Shown in pieces: positions 30,521-42,992 of a DNA stretch of 64,000 bases (position 1 is its first letter; each line of letters starts with the position of its first letter). Below the pieces are notes generated by a model. The model saw only the letters and a list, made by a program, of their open reading frames with translations, was not told the DNA's origin and did no database searches. The DNA is from an uncultured cyanobacterium (GTDB lineage Bacteria; Cyanobacteriota; Cyanobacteriia; Cyanobacteriales; CAWCAG01): NCBI GenBank assembly GCA_963793425.1, contig CAWCAG010000005.1, forward strand, positions 1,760,001-1,824,000, given 5' to 3'. The position numbers and the translations under genes are program-made.

Positions 30521-30820
30521 ATGGCCACTTTCAAAGTTACTTTAATAAGTGAAGAAGAAGGAATTAACGAAACTATCGAAGTTCCTGATGATGAATATAT
30601 TCTTGATGCGGCGGAAGAACAAGGTATTGACTTACCTTACTCCTGCCGTGCGGGTGCTTGTTCTACCTGTGCTGGTAAAGTAAAATCTGGTACTATCGAT
30701 CAGTCTGACCAGTCTTTCTTAGATGATGATCAAATCGAAGCAGGTTACGTTCTCACTTGCGTTGCTTATCCTACTTCTGATTGCACAATCATAACCCATC
30801 AAGAAGAAGAGCTATATTAA
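30521..30820 (+). CDS. petF: Plant-type [2Fe-2S] ferredoxin
   Basis: [13 protein letters not shown]...LTCVAYP; GAGGAG RBS. Confidence 0.97.
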   Translation: MATFKVTLISEEEGINETIEVPDDEYILDAAEEQGIDLPYSCRAGACSTCAGKVKSGTIDQSDQSFLDDDQIEAGYVLTCVAYPTSDCTIITHQEEELY

Positions 30821-30918
30821 AAAACTGAATTTAATCTGGGGCAGTTTATGCTTAACTCCTGAGCAATTATCAGTAGTTATATTTAAATTCCCCCCAACTA
30901 AAATTCGGTAAAGTTTCT

Positions 30919-30951
30919 GGCAGGTATCTCGTAGGTATCTGCCTTGATTTT
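30919..30951 (+). terminator. Possible terminator downstream of petF
   Basis: Hairpin ggcaggtatct-cgt-aggtatctgcc (with G-U pairs) followed by ttgatttt. Confidence 0.45.
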
Positions 30952-30998
30952 GGGCAAATGGCCTAAAATAGGCGCAGTAAAGCAAAAATTGTCAACAA

Positions 30999-32084
30999 AT
31001 GTACTGGAAATCAGCCTGTATTGGTTTTGTCCTCAATGGAATAGCTTTAGGCTTACCAATACCTGTTCAGGGACAAATTCCTGACGAAAATAATGTACCA
31101 CCGGGAGACTATCAGCCGGAGTATGAACAAGAACCTCCTCCAGCCAGAATAAAACCTTTGCCTCCCCAACGCATTAGGCAAGATGTCAAACCCCCAGTAA
31201 AAGACTTTCGAGTTACTGCCCTACAAAGCCATTATACTGGGGATCTTTGGGTAGGTTCATGGCTAGGTTTAGCTCGCATAGATCCTAACACCGGGGCAAT
31301 AATTAGCAGAATTAGTTTACCTAACTACAAAATTGGTGCTTTAGCACAGGATAAGGTAGGAAGAATTTGGGTGGGAACTCATCAGGGCCTACTAAGAGTA
31401 GATTCTAACTTAAACTCTGTTACCGTAGATAGCGTTGCTTTACCTTCTCAAAAAATACTGTCTCTTTTGATTGACAAAAGAGGATTTTTGTGGGTAGGAG
31501 GCGATCGCGGTTTAACTTTAGTTAGTCCTGATAAGGGATTGCAAATGACAACCCTACAGGAATTACCAGGGGTAAGTGCCAATGCTTTAACCTTAGATAA
31601 AAAAGGTCAACTTTGGGTAGGAACCCTTCAAGGATTAGTCAAAGTAAATACAGGCAGTGCTTTCCCTGTCGGACGCATTGCTGATCTACCAGGTGGTGTA
31701 GTCCAAACCATCACTACCAATCCTAAAGACGGCAAACTTTGGGTAGGAACCCCTAATAGTTTATTAGTAATTGACCCAGAAACTCAGCGCATTGAACGTT
31801 CAGTAACTCCTTTGAGAGGCCTAAACGTTACTAAAGTAAGTTTTGCTAAAGACGGTACGGTTTGGGTAGGTACAACCACTGGTCTTTTAAAGATCAAAGC
31901 TGATAGTGGTGCTTCTTTAGGAGTCGTCACTAACCTCCCTTCCGACCAAATTATGTCCTTAGCCCCAGACTCAGGTAACAAACTTTGGATCGGTACAACA
32001 GAAGGGCTAGCCTGGTTAAGCTTAACTAGCGGCAAAGCAAGACCTCATTTAGCTTTTGTCCGAGAAGCGCCAGAAAATTATTAA
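30999..32084 (+). CDS. Secreted beta-propeller (two-component-regulator propeller repeat) protein
   Basis: Repeated D..G.LWVGT..GL motifs; signal peptide. Confidence 0.85.
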   Translation: MYWKSACIGFVLNGIALGLPIPVQGQIPDENNVPPGDYQPEYEQEPPPARIKPLPPQRIRQDVKPPVKDFRVTALQSHYTGDLWVGSWLGLARIDPNTGAIISRISLPNYKIGALAQDKVGRIWVGTHQGLLRVDSNLNSVTVDSVALPSQKILSLLIDKRGFLWVGGDRGLTLVSPDKGLQMTTLQELPGVSANALTLDKKGQLWVGTLQGLVKVNTGSAFPVGRIADLPGGVVQTITTNPKDGKLWVGTPNSLLVIDPETQRIERSVTPLRGLNVTKVSFAKDGTVWVGTTTGLLKIKADSGASLGVVTNLPSDQIMSLAPDSGNKLWIGTTEGLAWLSLTSGKARPHLAFVREAPENY

Positions 32085-33190
32085 ACAACTTCCGCCATAC
32101 TAGAAGAACGAGCGAGTTCTTCTAAACGTTCTTGCTGATCTTGAGAAATACAAGCTTGGATGATATGTTCCACATCTCCTTCCAAGGCGGGGGCTAAACT
32201 AAAATTCTGCCCCAAGCGATGATCTGTAATACGGTTATCTTTGTAATTATAGGTACGAATTTTTTCCGAACGCGCTCCTGTACCTACTTGAGAACGCCTC
32301 ATAGAAGTAACCGCAGCTTTTTGTTCCTGTAACTTGATCTCATAAAGTTTAGCTCTGAGAATCTGCATTGCCCGTTCACGGTTTTGTAGTTGCGATCGCT
32401 CCTCCGTACAAAAGATGCGAATACCTGTAGGTTTATGAATTAAATCTACAGCCGTTTCTACCTTGTTAACATTTTGTCCCCCTGCACCCCCAGAACGAGC
32501 AGTAGACATCTCAATATCTTTAGGATCAATTTTCACCTCCACATCATCCACCTCCGGCATCACTGCCACAGTAGCTGTGGAAGTATGTACCCTTCCTCCT
32601 GCTTCTGTAGTTGGAACCCTCTGTACTCGATGAACTCCAGCTTCAAATTTCAACTGACTGTAGACTTGCTGCCCTTGAATTTCTAGGATAGCTTCTTTAA
32701 AACCACCCATATCAGCAGTAGATTCGCTAAGTAACTTAACCTTCCAGCCCTGACTCTCTCCATAGCGAGAGTATAGACGCACCAAATCCCCCGCCCAAAT
32801 ACTTGCTTCATCACCCCCAGTCCCAGCCCTGATTTCTAACATAATGTTTTTATCATCGTTAGGATCTCTGGGTAAAAGCAAAACCTTGAGATAATTTTCT
32901 AACTCAAGAGATTTTTCCTGCAACTCGGCCACTTCTAAAGCTGCCATTTCTTGCAATTCTGGTTCGCTGCTAGCTTCTTTTTGTACTTCCTTTGCTCCTA
33001 CCAATTCTTCTTGAGTAGCCTTCCAAGCTTCATAGGTATTAACCGTTTCTTCCAAAGAAGAACGAGCTTTAGCTACCTTTTGCAGTTCATTTGGATTAGT
33101 AGCAACATCTGGATCTGCTAAACGTCGAGTTAATTCAGCAAAGGTTTGTTCTACAGATTTCAGTTTATCTAATAAATAAGACTCAGCCAT
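32081..33190 (-). CDS. prfA: Peptide chain release factor 1
   Basis: GGQ motif and PTT (PxT) tripeptide. Confidence 0.97.
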   Translation of the reverse strand: MAESYLLDKLKSVEQTFAELTRRLADPDVATNPNELQKVAKARSSLEETVNTYEAWKATQEELVGAKEVQKEASSEPELQEMAALEVAELQEKSLELENYLKVLLLPRDPNDDKNIMLEIRAGTGGDEASIWAGDLVRLYSRYGESQGWKVKLLSESTADMGGFKEAILEIQGQQVYSQLKFEAGVHRVQRVPTTEAGGRVHTSTATVAVMPEVDDVEVKIDPKDIEMSTARSGGAGGQNVNKVETAVDLIHKPTGIRIFCTEERSQLQNRERAMQILRAKLYEIKLQEQKAAVTSMRRSQVGTGARSEKIRTYNYKDNRITDHRLGQNFSLAPALEGDVEHIIQACISQDQQERLEELARSSSMAEVV

Positions 33191-33280
33191 GATAATTACT
33201 CCTTAGAAAAATAGCATTTTTGTTGAGTGTATTTAATCCAAACTCATTGGATATACTCTTTTTCGGCCCTTAAATACAAT

Positions 33281-33307
33281 TAACCCAGCAGATAATCTAC
33301 TGGGTTA
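33281..33307 (-). terminator. Hairpin after rpmE, possible terminator
   Basis: taacccag-N11-ctgggtta inverted repeat. Confidence 0.5.
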
Positions 33308-33326
33308 ATAAAATTTGCCTAGGGAG

Positions 33327-33563
33327 CTATTTTTCGTCAGACTGAGACTCTTCTGCTGAAAGCATTCCGTATTTACGCATAAAACGCTCGACACGTCCTT
33401 CTGTGTCGATGATCTTTTGAGTTCCGGTATAAAATGGGTGATTCCCCGACCAAACCTCAACACTAATCTCTGGCTTTGTGGAACCGACAGTCATAACCAA
33501 CTCGCCATTACAATAAACCTTGGCATCTGGATACCATTCAGGATGGATATCTGGTTTAGGCAT
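33327..33563 (-). CDS. rpmE: 50S ribosomal protein L31
   Basis: IHPEW...HPFYTG...GRVERF. Confidence 0.97.
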   Translation of the reverse strand: MPKPDIHPEWYPDAKVYCNGELVMTVGSTKPEISVEVWSGNHPFYTGTQKIIDTEGRVERFMRKYGMLSAEESQSDEK

Positions 33564-33588
33564 TTTCTTTTTCCTTCCCTTATATTAA

Positions 33589-34000
33589 TTATCGCTTAGA
33601 GTACTGAGGGGCTTTTCTGGCTTTATGTAAACCATATTTCTTACGCTCTTTGGCTCTCGGATCACGAGTCAAATACCCTTCAGTTTTCAGAGGTTGGCGA
33701 TTATCTGGATCTAAGTTCACAAAGCGCTCTAGCTACTCCTAGTTTAACAGCATCAGACTGACCAGTTAGTCCACCTCCGTGGGCATTAACCAGAATATCG
33801 TACTCGTTTTCCAAACCTAAAGTTTCTAAAGGGGCTTTAGCTGCGGCGATATAACTAGGGTTTTGGTTAAAGTAAATATTCCCTTCCTTACCATTAACCT
33901 TAATTTCGCCACTACCAGGAACTAAACGTACTCTAGCTATAGAGCGTTTACGACGACCAGTTCCCCAGTATACAGCTCGATCATTTTGTTCTTCAGGCAT
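33589..34000 (-). CDS. rpsI: 30S ribosomal protein S9 (one +1 frameshift near 33712, probably a sequence error)
   Basis: GTGRRK N-terminus; C-terminus [27 protein letters not shown] lies in the shifted frame, ending at 33589. Confidence 0.93.
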
Positions 34001-34003
34001 TGC

Positions 34004-34453
34004 TTATCTCCTTGGAATAGTATTAATTAACAAATTTTCCGGTGTTTGTGACTGGTGGGGGTGGTTAGGACCCGCATAAACTTTTAATTTGGTAAAAAGT
34101 TTACGCCCCAAAGAGTTTTTAGGTAGCATTCCCTTCACAGCCTTTTCAATAATCCTTTCAGGAATACGATTTTGCAGGTTTTCAAAGGTTTCTACTTTCA
34201 TTCCCCCTGGCCTTCCTGAGTGGCGGTGGTAGAGTTTTTGAGTACTTTTTTTACCAGTAACAACAACTTGCTCAGCATTGATTACAATTACAAAGTCCCC
34301 AGTATCCATATGGGGAGTAAAAGTAGGCTTGTTTTTACCACGTAAAATACTAGCAATTTCTGTTGCTAATCTGCCTAAGCGTTGGTCAGCAGCATCAACT
34401 ACATACCATTTCTGCTCTAGAGTTTCTTTATTGGGTAACGGTGTCTTAATCAT
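34004..34453 (-). CDS. rplM: 50S ribosomal protein L13
   Basis: WYVVDA...LGRLA...KGMLPKN. Confidence 0.98.
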   Translation of the reverse strand: MIKTPLPNKETLEQKWYVVDAADQRLGRLATEIASILRGKNKPTFTPHMDTGDFVIVINAEQVVVTGKKSTQKLYHRHSGRPGGMKVETFENLQNRIPERIIEKAVKGMLPKNSLGRKLFTKLKVYAGPNHPHQSQTPENLLINTIPRR

Positions 34454-34540
34454 TTATCTGTAATATTTAAGTGGTTCGGTTTAAGAAATAATCAGCAATT
34501 AACTATTATCTAATAATCTCGAACTATAAACAAAGTTTTA

Positions 34541-35364
34541 TTAGTAGTTCGATAATAAGAATTGAGGTTGAGTATCAAACCAAATATCAGGAGGAAAAGG
34601 AAAATCTGGATAACCAACTCTTAACAAACATAGTCCTTTGGCTGGGGCTGAATATTTTACTTCTTCTCTTTTTTGGTTTACCCAAATTTCTGTAAAACTT
34701 TCTGGCGATCGCTTCGCGGCCCCACTTCAACTAACATCCCAACTAACAATCTCACCATGCCATAGAGAAAACCATCAGCCTGAATTTCTAGTTGGATGAA
34801 AGGTCCTCGACGATAACATTCTGCTGCTTGAACCTCTACCCAAGAATGGGTTCTGTGAGAACCTGCCCTCCTAAAAGCAGCAAGGTGATGGCGGCCAATT
34901 AACGGCTTGAGTGCCTTATTTAGTAAAGATTCCTCTAGTTGATGATGGTAATAGTGCCAGCAGAAGGGTTGGACAAAAAGGTTAGGTTCTTTATCTGTGT
35001 AAAAAGTATAGCGATAACGCCGCCAGATTGCTGAAAAACGAGCGTGCCAGCTAGGAGCAACCAAAGCAGAAGCTCGAATCAGTAAATCATCAGGTAAAAG
35101 GCTATTAAGAACCTTAGCCCACCGCAAAGCGGGGATAGGACTAGTAATCTCAAAATGAGCTACTTGAGCCGCTGCATGAACTCCTGCATCTGTACGTCCT
35201 GCCCCATGTAAGGTTACCGGCTTACCCTGAACTTTAGTGATCGCCTGCTCTATTTCTGCTTGCACTGTCCTTTGGTTCGGCTGCCTTTGCCAACCATGGA
35301 AATGAGTTCCTACATACTGAATAACTAGAGCAATACGTTGCTTTTCGCCCCTCAAATGAGTCAA
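34541..35364 (-). CDS. truA: tRNA pseudouridine(38-40) synthase (frameshift near 34715, probably a sequence error)
   Basis: AGRTDAGVHA; C-terminus SAPAKGLCLLRVGYP continues in another frame to the stop at 34541. Confidence 0.9.
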
Positions 35365-35368
35365 TACC

Positions 35369-35719
35369 TCAAACTAACTCGATAATAGCCATTTCTGCAT
35401 TATCTCCGCGCCTTCTTATGGTGCGAGAAATACGAGTATAACCGCCACTGCGATTGCCATAGCGTTCTTGAGCTTGTTCAAATAAGGCATGAACTAATTT
35501 TTTATCATAAAGAAAAGCCATAGCCTGACGGCGAGAAGCTAAAGAACCATCCTTAGCTAAGGTAATCATTTTTTCTACTTTAGGACGCACTGCCCGGGCG
35601 CGAGTTTTAGTCGTTTTAATTTGCCCATGGCGAATTAATTGTGTTGCTAAAGCTCTTAATAAAGCTTTACGCTGATCGGCCGGTAAGCCTAGTTCTGGTA
35701 CTCGACAGCGGTGACGCAT
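35369..35719 (-). CDS. rplQ: 50S ribosomal protein L17
   Basis: MRHR...GGYTRI...RRGDNA. Confidence 0.98.
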   Translation of the reverse strand: MRHRCRVPELGLPADQRKALLRALATQLIRHGQIKTTKTRARAVRPKVEKMITLAKDGSLASRRQAMAFLYDKKLVHALFEQAQERYGNRSGGYTRISRTIRRRGDNAEMAIIELV

Positions 35720-35795
35720 TTTTTTCCTCCATAAAGTAAGTGTGAATTATCTGCTGAGGAGGTTGACTGATAATAATTGGCCAACCTACTCATAA

Positions 35796-36737
35796 CTAAA
35801 CTTTTGATTTCTCTTGGGGTAAAGTAATTCCTAAACGTTGCTGTAAAGCCTCAATTACTTCTTCAGCAGATTTTTGACCGAAGTTTTTAATTTCTAACAG
35901 GTCTTCTTGAGAGTAATCAAGTAAATCTGCTACTGAATTAATTTGAGCGCGTTTGAGGCAATTATACGCTCGTACAGAGAGTTGCAATTCTTCAATGGGG
36001 ATTTGGCTAGTAGGATCTTCGTCCTCCTGGTAATCTTCAGGTTTCTCTTGAATGTTAAGATCCTGAATGGGGCTAAAGAGGTCTACAACAATTCCCGCAG
36101 CCTGAGAGAGTGCTTCTTCTGGCTTTAAGCTACCATTTGTCCAGATATCCATGATTAGCCTATCTTTGGCAACAGTACCATCAGTATGAATATCCTCTAC
36201 ACTGTAATTAACTTTGCTCACAGGCATAAATACAGCGTCAATTTGGAGGAAGTCCAAAGAAGTCGCTTCATCTTTTCCCCTTTGTACTGCCCGATAGCCT
36301 TTTCCTCTTTCTAAACGGAATTCCATTTCCAGTTTGGCCCCTTCTGCAAGAGTAGCCACATACTGATTAGGATCAACAATCTCTATTTCTGAGGGCAGAT
36401 CGAACTGAGCAGCAATCACCGTTGCTGGCCCTGTAGCCACAAGACGTGCTATTTGCGGTGCTGAAGTATGGCTTCTGAAGACAATTTCTTTCATATTCAA
36501 AAGAATTTCTAGAACGTCTTCCCTTATACCTTCAAGGGTGGCAAATTCGTGGCTTACTCCAGCAATTCGAACAGCCGTTACTGCTGTCCCTTCTAAGTTA
36601 GAGAGTAAAACCCGACGCAGGGCGTTACCAACAGTTGTCCCTTGACCGCGTTCGAGAGGTTCTATGACAAACTGGCTATACTGGCTCTGATTTTTATGGG
36701 TTTTAGACTCTACTGGATCAATACTAAACTGCACCAT
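35796..36737 (-). CDS. rpoA: RNA polymerase alpha subunit
   Basis: EPLERGQGTTVGNALRRVLLS; LSVRAYNCLKR. Confidence 0.98.
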   Translation of the reverse strand: MVQFSIDPVESKTHKNQSQYSQFVIEPLERGQGTTVGNALRRVLLSNLEGTAVTAVRIAGVSHEFATLEGIREDVLEILLNMKEIVFRSHTSAPQIARLVATGPATVIAAQFDLPSEIEIVDPNQYVATLAEGAKLEMEFRLERGKGYRAVQRGKDEATSLDFLQIDAVFMPVSKVNYSVEDIHTDGTVAKDRLIMDIWTNGSLKPEEALSQAAGIVVDLFSPIQDLNIQEKPEDYQEDEDPTSQIPIEELQLSVRAYNCLKRAQINSVADLLDYSQEDLLEIKNFGQKSAEEVIEALQQRLGITLPQEKSKV

Positions 36738-36814
36738 AGAGTAACCTCCCTTTTTTGTCCTTTGTCATGTTTCGCGGTGTTGTTTTGTCTTTTTTACTAG
36801 GGGATGGATTGAGA

Positions 36815-37207
36815 CTAAACTCTACGCCGCTTGGGTGGACGACAGCCGTTGTGAGGAATCGGCGTTACATCCCGGATTAGAGTAATTTCCAATCCGGCTC
36901 CTTGCAAAGCACGTATTGCTGTTTCTCTTCCTGCACCCGGCCCACTAACCATTACTTCCAGTTGGCGCATTCCTTGTTCCATTGCTCGGCGGGCAGCGCT
37001 ATCTGCTGCGGTTTGAGCAGCAAAGGGAGTACCTTTTTTAGCTCCTTTGAAACCGCTAGAACCAGCAGAAGCCCAAGAAACGGCATCTCCACGAGTATCG
37101 GAAATGGTGACGATGGTATTGTTGAAAGTAGAATGAATGTGGGCAATACCACTGGGGATGTTACGCTTTTGCTTTTTAGCGCCACTTTTCTTTGTTGGTC
37201 GAGCCAT
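36815..37207 (-). CDS. rpsK: 30S ribosomal protein S11
   Basis: STFNNTI...[12 protein letters not shown]. Confidence 0.98.
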   Translation of the reverse strand: MARPTKKSGAKKQKRNIPSGIAHIHSTFNNTIVTISDTRGDAVSWASAGSSGFKGAKKGTPFAAQTAADSAARRAMEQGMRQLEVMVSGPGAGRETAIRALQGAGLEITLIRDVTPIPHNGCRPPKRRRV

Positions 37208-37280
37208 ATTACTTAACTTGCTAACTTGATATCGAGTTTGAATGAAAAAACGGGGTTAAGAAAGAATAGATATAGACTAC

Positions 37281-37667
37281 CTATTTTTTGCCAGGAGCCT
37301 TTTTCTTTCCAGCAACAGTTAACCGCCTTCCACCACGCCTGGTTCGGCTGTTGGTACGAGTGCGCTGCCCCCTGACTGGTAGTCCTTGGCGATGCCGCCT
37401 TCCTCTGTAAGCACCAATATCAACAAGACGCTTGATATTCATAGATTCCCAACGTCTCAAGTCACCTTCGACTTGGTAGTTGCTTTCTACGTAGGAGCGT
37501 AATTTTGCTGCTTCTTCGTCAGTTAAATCTTTTACTCTTGTATCTGGATTAATTCCCGTATTTGCTAAAATTTCTTGAGAACGGGATAATCCAACTCCAA
37601 AAATATAGGTTAAACCTATCTCTATTCGCTTATCACGCGGAAGGTCTACACCACTAATCCTAGCCAC
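37281..37667 (-). CDS. rpsM: 30S ribosomal protein S13
   Basis: ARISGVDLP...[11 protein letters not shown]. Confidence 0.98.
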   Translation of the reverse strand: MARISGVDLPRDKRIEIGLTYIFGVGLSRSQEILANTGINPDTRVKDLTDEEAAKLRSYVESNYQVEGDLRRWESMNIKRLVDIGAYRGRRHRQGLPVRGQRTRTNSRTRRGGRRLTVAGKKKAPGKK

Positions 37668-37787
37668 ACTTTCTTCTCCCTAATTTGTCACTTTTACTAC
37701 TAATCTTGTTAGTCTTTAAACTTAAAAATGAATAACTTAAATTGCTTGGTCTTTATCTTGATCTTGACAGAGCCAATTTTAAGCTAG

Positions 37788-37901
37788 TTAACCTTGGCGT
37801 TGTTTATGTTTGGGATTCGTACAAATCACCATTACTCTGCCGCGACGACGGATAACGCGGCATTTTTCACACATTTTTTTAACGGATGCTCTAACTTTCA
37901 T
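37788..37901 (-). CDS. rpmJ: 50S ribosomal protein L36 (not in ORF track)
   Basis: Manual translation [37 protein letters not shown]. Confidence 0.97.
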   Translation of the reverse strand: MKVRASVKKMCEKCRVIRRRGRVMVICTNPKHKQRQG

Positions 37902-37931
37902 GCGTCTTTTTGGCCATACTGCAAGCTTACT

Positions 37932-37940
37932 ATTATACCA
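37932..37940 (-). promoter_or_regulatory. Extended -10 element upstream of rpmJ (internal promoter)
   Basis: Minus strand TGGTATAAT (TGnTATAAT) about 30 nt upstream of the rpmJ ATG. Confidence 0.5.
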
Positions 37941-38008
37941 ATAATTGACTTTTTTTTGTAAGTCTATAGTTGGATTTATGCTTTTTAATTATCTTGATCA
38001 CTCAATGT

Positions 38009-38233
38009 TTATTTCTTACGCAAACGATAGGTAATCCTACCTTTAGTAAGATCGTAGGGAGTTAACTCTACTTTGACCCTGTCTCCAGGTAAAATTTTGA
38101 TGTAGTTGCGGCGAATTTTGCCAGAAATATGGGCTAGGATGTTAAAACCATTGTCTAGATCAACTCGAAACATGGCATTAGGCAAAGACTCTGTTACTGT
38201 GCCTTCCATTTCAATTAAATCTTGCTTAGCCAA
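38009..38233 (-). CDS. infA: Translation initiation factor IF-1
   Basis: LPNAMFRV...HISGKIR; TTG start. Confidence 0.97.
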   Translation of the reverse strand: MAKQDLIEMEGTVTESLPNAMFRVDLDNGFNILAHISGKIRRNYIKILPGDRVKVELTPYDLTKGRITYRLRKK

Positions 38234-38426
38234 TTTATAAATACCTCAATTCTTGTCAACAGGTAATCTGTTTGGTGTAACTTAAAACGATAAAAGGCGA
38301 TATAATACCTATTTATTAAAGGGATTTTTCCCTACTCAATCCTGGTTTTGCTAGGGGCCGCTTAGCTTAGTTTCTACAAAACTATTTTTAATGATCAGGA
38401 ATAAAGTTTGATTAACTTAATATTCT

Positions 38427-38987
38427 CTACAAAGCTACTATTTTTTCTAAAGAGTTGGTCACTTCTTCAGGTAAAAGATTGCCATCCACAGACTTAAGAC
38501 TATTACGAGTTCGATAATAATCAAGCACTGGAGCTGTTTCTTCTTGGTAAACTTCTAGACGACGGCGGATTGTTTCTTCTGTATCATCTCTACGGCCTCT
38601 TTGAAGAAGACGAGTGATGAGTTGCTCTTTCGGGACTTCTAGATTAACTACATATCCAGCAGACTGTTGTAAGTCATCAAGCAAATTATCTAAGAACTCT
38701 GCTTGTTCAACATTCCGAGGGAAACCATCTAAAATCCACCCTTTGACAGTATCTCCTTGATTCAATCTTTCTTTGATTAAATCAAGAATTAGTTCATCAG
38801 GAACAAGCTCTCCCCTATCTACATAACCTTGAGCTTTTTTTCCTAAAGGAGTGTTTTCCTTAATAACACCTCGTAAAATTTCACCTGTAGAAATATGAGG
38901 AATACCCAGCAATTGTGCTAATTTTTGAGCTTGAGTGCCTTTTCCTGCACCTGGGGGACCTAAAAAAATAATTCTTGAACTTGTCAT
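38427..38987 (-). CDS. adk: Adenylate kinase
   Basis: GPPGAGKGTQ and LDGFPR motifs. Confidence 0.97.
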   Translation of the reverse strand: MTSSRIIFLGPPGAGKGTQAQKLAQLLGIPHISTGEILRGVIKENTPLGKKAQGYVDRGELVPDELILDLIKERLNQGDTVKGWILDGFPRNVEQAEFLDNLLDDLQQSAGYVVNLEVPKEQLITRLLQRGRRDDTEETIRRRLEVYQEETAPVLDYYRTRNSLKSVDGNLLPEEVTNSLEKIVAL

Positions 38988-39012
38988 TTTTTATCCTGGT
39001 TAGGTTGTAAGC

Positions 39013-40329
39013 TTATTGCTTAACCATGCCTTCATATCTTTGAGAGATTACATAGGTTTGGATTTGCTTAGCTGTGTCTATAGCAACACCAACAAGGATC
39101 AACAACGAAGTTGCCCCTAAACCCTGAAAGGTTGTTACTCCTGTAGCTGTTTCTACGAAAATAGGTACAGTAGCTACTAAACCCAAGAAAATTGCTCCCA
39201 AAAAGGTCAAACGATTCAACACCTTTTCCAGATAATCGCTTGTAGCTTTACCAGGACGAATACCAGGTATACTAGAACCCATCTTTTTTAAGTTTTGGGA
39301 CATATCTACAGGGTTGACAATTAAAGAAGCATAAAAATAGCTAAAAAAGACAATAGAAAGACCCAGTACAGCTACATATAACCAAGGAATTCCCCCAGTG
39401 CTTCTTGGGCTTAAGTATCTGGCAATAGTATCAAAAGCTTCAATATTGGTAAATTGCGCCAAAGAGTTGGGCAAAAATAGTATGGCAGTGGCAAAAATAA
39501 TTGGCATTACTCCGCCTTGGTTAAGACGCAGAGGTAAGTAACTTTTCCTTTCCCTGTATAAGCGTTTGCCTACTTGTCGGCGGGCAGAAATAATTGGGAT
39601 ACGGCGTGTACCTTCTTGGACAAAAACAATCAGCAAAATCATTACCAAGAAAACAAGTAGTAAAATAACTACTTGAGCTACAGCTTCTCGCCCTCCACTT
39701 TGAGCAAACTGGATCGTATCTCCTAAAGTTTTGGGTAAACTAGCGACAATATTGACAAAAATCAATAAAGAAGCTCCGTTACCAATACCTCTTTCTGTAA
39801 TTACTTCTGAAACCCACATGACGAACATAGAGCCAGCAGTGAGAGCCAGTACTATAGCTAGCTTAAATAACAGCGAGTCATTTTCTATATAGTTTCGCAA
39901 CAAGCCAAAAGTGAATCCTGCGCTTTGAATAATAGCCCAGCCCAAAGCTACATAGCGGGTTATTTGAGAAATTTTGCGTCTTCCAGCTTCTCCTTCATTT
40001 TTTTGCAAATTCTCTAGGGAGGGAATAGCTGCTGTTAGCAACTGCATAATAATGGAGGCATTAATAAAGGGTAGAATCCCTAAACTAAAAATACCTACTG
40101 CGGTAAAACCGCCTCCAGAAAAGATATCTAAAAAGCCCAGGACAGCGTTATTGCGAACTCCTTCTTCAAAAGCAGCTCGGTTGATTCCCGGTACAGGAAC
40201 TCTTACCCCAAAGCGGACTAGGATCAAAAGACCAACTGTGACTAGCAGCCGCCCCCGAAGGCCAGCCGCTTGAGCCATTTGCATAAAAGTCTCTTGGGCT
40301 GTTGGTGTTTTATCTCGACTTACAACCAT
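39013..40329 (-). CDS. secY: Preprotein translocase SecY
   Basis: LGILPFINASI, GIGNGASL, PGIRPG. Confidence 0.98.
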   Translation of the reverse strand: MVVSRDKTPTAQETFMQMAQAAGLRGRLLVTVGLLILVRFGVRVPVPGINRAAFEEGVRNNAVLGFLDIFSGGGFTAVGIFSLGILPFINASIIMQLLTAAIPSLENLQKNEGEAGRRKISQITRYVALGWAIIQSAGFTFGLLRNYIENDSLLFKLAIVLALTAGSMFVMWVSEVITERGIGNGASLLIFVNIVASLPKTLGDTIQFAQSGGREAVAQVVILLLVFLVMILLIVFVQEGTRRIPIISARRQVGKRLYRERKSYLPLRLNQGGVMPIIFATAILFLPNSLAQFTNIEAFDTIARYLSPRSTGGIPWLYVAVLGLSIVFFSYFYASLIVNPVDMSQNLKKMGSSIPGIRPGKATSDYLEKVLNRLTFLGAIFLGLVATVPIFVETATGVTTFQGLGATSLLILVGVAIDTAKQIQTYVISQRYEGMVKQ

Positions 40330-40447
40330 GAATTTTGACTTTTTAAGGTTACTAGGGATAGGCTTGTAAACAATTTTAATTCTTTTTTTAGAATTATTTT
40401 TTAACTCAATTGCTGCTCAAAATTACCTAAGCAATGTTTGACCTATT

Positions 40448-40891
40448 TTAAATAACTTCCCAGCTACCACCAGCCGCTTCAATTTTTTGGCGCGCGCTAG
40501 CTGTAAAAGCAGCGGCTTTTACTTGCAGAGGAACATTTAGTTCGCCATCACCAAGAATTTTGAGAGGGCCATCATTTTGAGTTACGATACCGTTTTCTAG
40601 TAAAGAAGCAAGAGTTACTTCACTATTGGCAGCTACAGAAGAAAGATTCTTAACGTTGATTGTAGTGTAATGCCGAGGATTAATTACTGTAAAGTGCTTC
40701 AATTTGGGTATGCGGCGATAAAGGGGCATTTGTCCCCCTTCAAAGCCTGGTTTTGTTCCTGTTCCGGAACGGGCTTTTTGACCGCGCATTCCTTTTCCAC
40801 AGCTAGCCCCTTGCCCTGCGGAAATTCCCCTGCCTAAGCGACGGGGCCGTTTTTTAGAACCTTTTTTAGGTACAGCGTCATTAATTCTCAT
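40448..40891 (-). CDS. rplO: 50S ribosomal protein L15
   Basis: [12 protein letters not shown]. Confidence 0.98.
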   Translation of the reverse strand: MRINDAVPKKGSKKRPRRLGRGISAGQGASCGKGMRGQKARSGTGTKPGFEGGQMPLYRRIPKLKHFTVINPRHYTTINVKNLSSVAANSEVTLASLLENGIVTQNDGPLKILGDGELNVPLQVKAAAFTASARQKIEAAGGSWEVI

Positions 40892-40928
40892 AATTTGTTT
40901 TTGTAAGCTTTTAATTGTGGCAATCTCG

Positions 40929-41450
40929 CTATATGTAGAGCTTTTCGATGGGGATTCCTCTTTCTTTAGCTACAGCAGAAAAAGTTCGTAAACCATCTAG
41001 GGCATTAATGGCCGCCCTAGCATTATTTAAGGGGTTATTAGAGCCTAATTGTTTAGCGAGGATATTTTTCACTCCAGCTAGTTCTAGTACTGTACGTACA
41101 GCACCCCCAGCAATTACACCAGTACCTGGGGCCGCAGGACGCACCATAACTTTCGCTCCTCCAGAAATGCCATTGGCTGGGTGGGTAATAGAGTTAGATT
41201 TGGTCAGAGAAACTTCAATCAACTGCTTTTTGCCATCAGCAACTCCTTTACGGACAGCACCAATAACATCACTTGCTTTGCCAACACCAACACCAACTTG
41301 ACCTTTCTCATTGCCGACTACAACGATGGCACGAAAACTCAATTTTTTACCACCTTTGACAACTTTGCTGACCCGACGAATTTGAATTACCCTTTCTTGC
41401 CAGGTTGATTCTTTTTCTTTAGCACGCTTGTTTTTTTTACCTTTAGCCAT
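40929..41450 (-). CDS. rpsE: 30S ribosomal protein S5
   Basis: RVSKVVKGG...[11 protein letters not shown]. Confidence 0.98.
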   Translation of the reverse strand: MAKGKKNKRAKEKESTWQERVIQIRRVSKVVKGGKKLSFRAIVVVGNEKGQVGVGVGKASDVIGAVRKGVADGKKQLIEVSLTKSNSITHPANGISGGAKVMVRPAAPGTGVIAGGAVRTVLELAGVKNILAKQLGSNNPLNNARAAINALDGLRTFSAVAKERGIPIEKLYI

Positions 41451-41502
41451 GACGCTTTTTTGTTTTTTAGAGTTTTAATTGAAAAATAAAGGTCTTACTT
41501 AA

Positions 41503-41865
41503 TTAAAAATCTAGTCCTCCTTCACGAGCTGCATCAGCAAGGGCTTTGACTCTGCCATGATAAAGATTGCCACCACGATCAAAAACCACCTTTTCGATCC
41601 CTTGTTCTTTAGCTCTTGCTGCTACTAATTTGCCAACTTCAGAAGAAGCTTCGCAAGTTGCCCCAGAGGGTATTTTACTTTTCAAATCTGGATCTAGTGT
41701 AGAAGCCGCAGCTATAGTATGTTGGGCTTGATCATCAATTATTTGAGCATAGATATGTTGGTTGGAACGAAAAACAGCTAACCGAGGGCGAGTAGATGTG
41801 CCACGAACTTGGCGACGTATCCTTTGATGGCGGCGTTTGACTAATTGTTTGCGAGAAGGCTTCAT
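41503..41865 (-). CDS. rplR: 50S ribosomal protein L18
   Basis: [10 protein letters not shown]...VFDRGG. Confidence 0.98.
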   Translation of the reverse strand: MKPSRKQLVKRRHQRIRRQVRGTSTRPRLAVFRSNQHIYAQIIDDQAQHTIAAASTLDPDLKSKIPSGATCEASSEVGKLVAARAKEQGIEKVVFDRGGNLYHGRVKALADAAREGGLDF

Positions 41866-41870
41866 TTTTA

Positions 41871-42410
41871 TTACTTCTTACCTGCTTTACCAGCTTTACG
41901 TCTGACGAATTCACCTTGATAGCGAATACCTTTACCTTTGTAAGGTTCAGGGGGTCTAACTGCTCTAATTTTGGCAGCTACATTACCAACAATTTCTTTG
42001 TTGATTCCGCTAACTGTTACTTGGGTATTTTTTTCCACAGCTAGCTGAATTCCTTCTGGAGGATCAATCTCCACAGGGTTACTGTAACCAACATTGAGAA
42101 TCAGCTTTTTGCCTTGGACTTGAGCGCGATAACCTATACCTTGGATATCTAACTGTTTGGTATAACCTTGAGATACTCCTTCTACCATGTTAGCGACTAG
42201 GGTTCTAGATAAACCATGGAGTTGTCGGGAGGTGCGGGATTCATCTTGGCGCTGAACTTCAAGGGTATCTCCTTGCTGCTCCACTATTACTTTGTCGGGC
42301 AATACTCTATCTAGAGTACCTTTAGGCCCTTTGACTGTAATATGTTGCCCTTTTATATCTACTGTTACTTTGCTAGGAATGGGAATCGGACGCTTACCGA
42401 TACGAGACAT
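41871..42410 (-). CDS. rplF: 50S ribosomal protein L6
   Basis: Start placed at MSRIGK (42410); PEPYKGKG. Confidence 0.97.
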   Translation of the reverse strand: MSRIGKRPIPIPSKVTVDIKGQHITVKGPKGTLDRVLPDKVIVEQQGDTLEVQRQDESRTSRQLHGLSRTLVANMVEGVSQGYTKQLDIQGIGYRAQVQGKKLILNVGYSNPVEIDPPEGIQLAVEKNTQVTVSGINKEIVGNVAAKIRAVRPPEPYKGKGIRYQGEFVRRKAGKAGKK

Positions 42411-42496
42411 GATTGAGCTACTCCATTGTTTGACTTTGTTCTTAAGTTTTTGACGGTACAAAATATCGATGAACTTAGGTGACAACTAGCCAATAG

Positions 42497-42898
42497 CTAC
42501 CATACATAACAGAGGATTTCTCCGCCAATTCCTTTTTGCCTAGCTTCTCTATCAGTCATGATGCCACTTGAGGTAGAAATGACGGCAATACCAATACCAC
42601 CTAAGACCCTTGGTAATTCTTTGCGATTTTTATAGACTCTTAAGCCTGGTTTACTAACTCTTTTTAAATTGGTAATAATGGGCTGACGGTTCCTTCCTTT
42701 GTATTTAAGGGAGATTACTAAATTTCTTTTAATAACTTCGCCTACCTCTTCAAAATCAGCAATAAAGCCTTCATCTTTAAGAACTTGAGCAATACTGCGA
42801 GTCATTTTTGTTGCAGGAACATTGGTGGTGGAATGCCTAACCAAACAAGCATTCCGGATGCGGGTCAGCATATCTGAAATTGTGTCATTAGAAGCCAT
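42497..42898 (-). CDS. rpsH: 30S ribosomal protein S8
   Basis: DMLTRIRNA...SKPGLRVY. Confidence 0.98.
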   Translation of the reverse strand: MASNDTISDMLTRIRNACLVRHSTTNVPATKMTRSIAQVLKDEGFIADFEEVGEVIKRNLVISLKYKGRNRQPIITNLKRVSKPGLRVYKNRKELPRVLGGIGIAVISTSSGIMTDREARQKGIGGEILCYVW

Positions 42899-42992
42899 TC
42901 TTTGCTTTTTTGTCTCCTTTTAATAGGTTATAGGGGCAAGTTAGTAGCAACGTTAATCTGGAAAATTAATTCTACTTAACCCTCCTGCCTAA

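Noticed and set aside
33589..35364. rpsI and truA as pseudogenes or programmed frameshifts
   Set aside because: Both halves are fully conserved, no slippery run is evident and similar single-base defects occur elsewhere; consensus error is more likely
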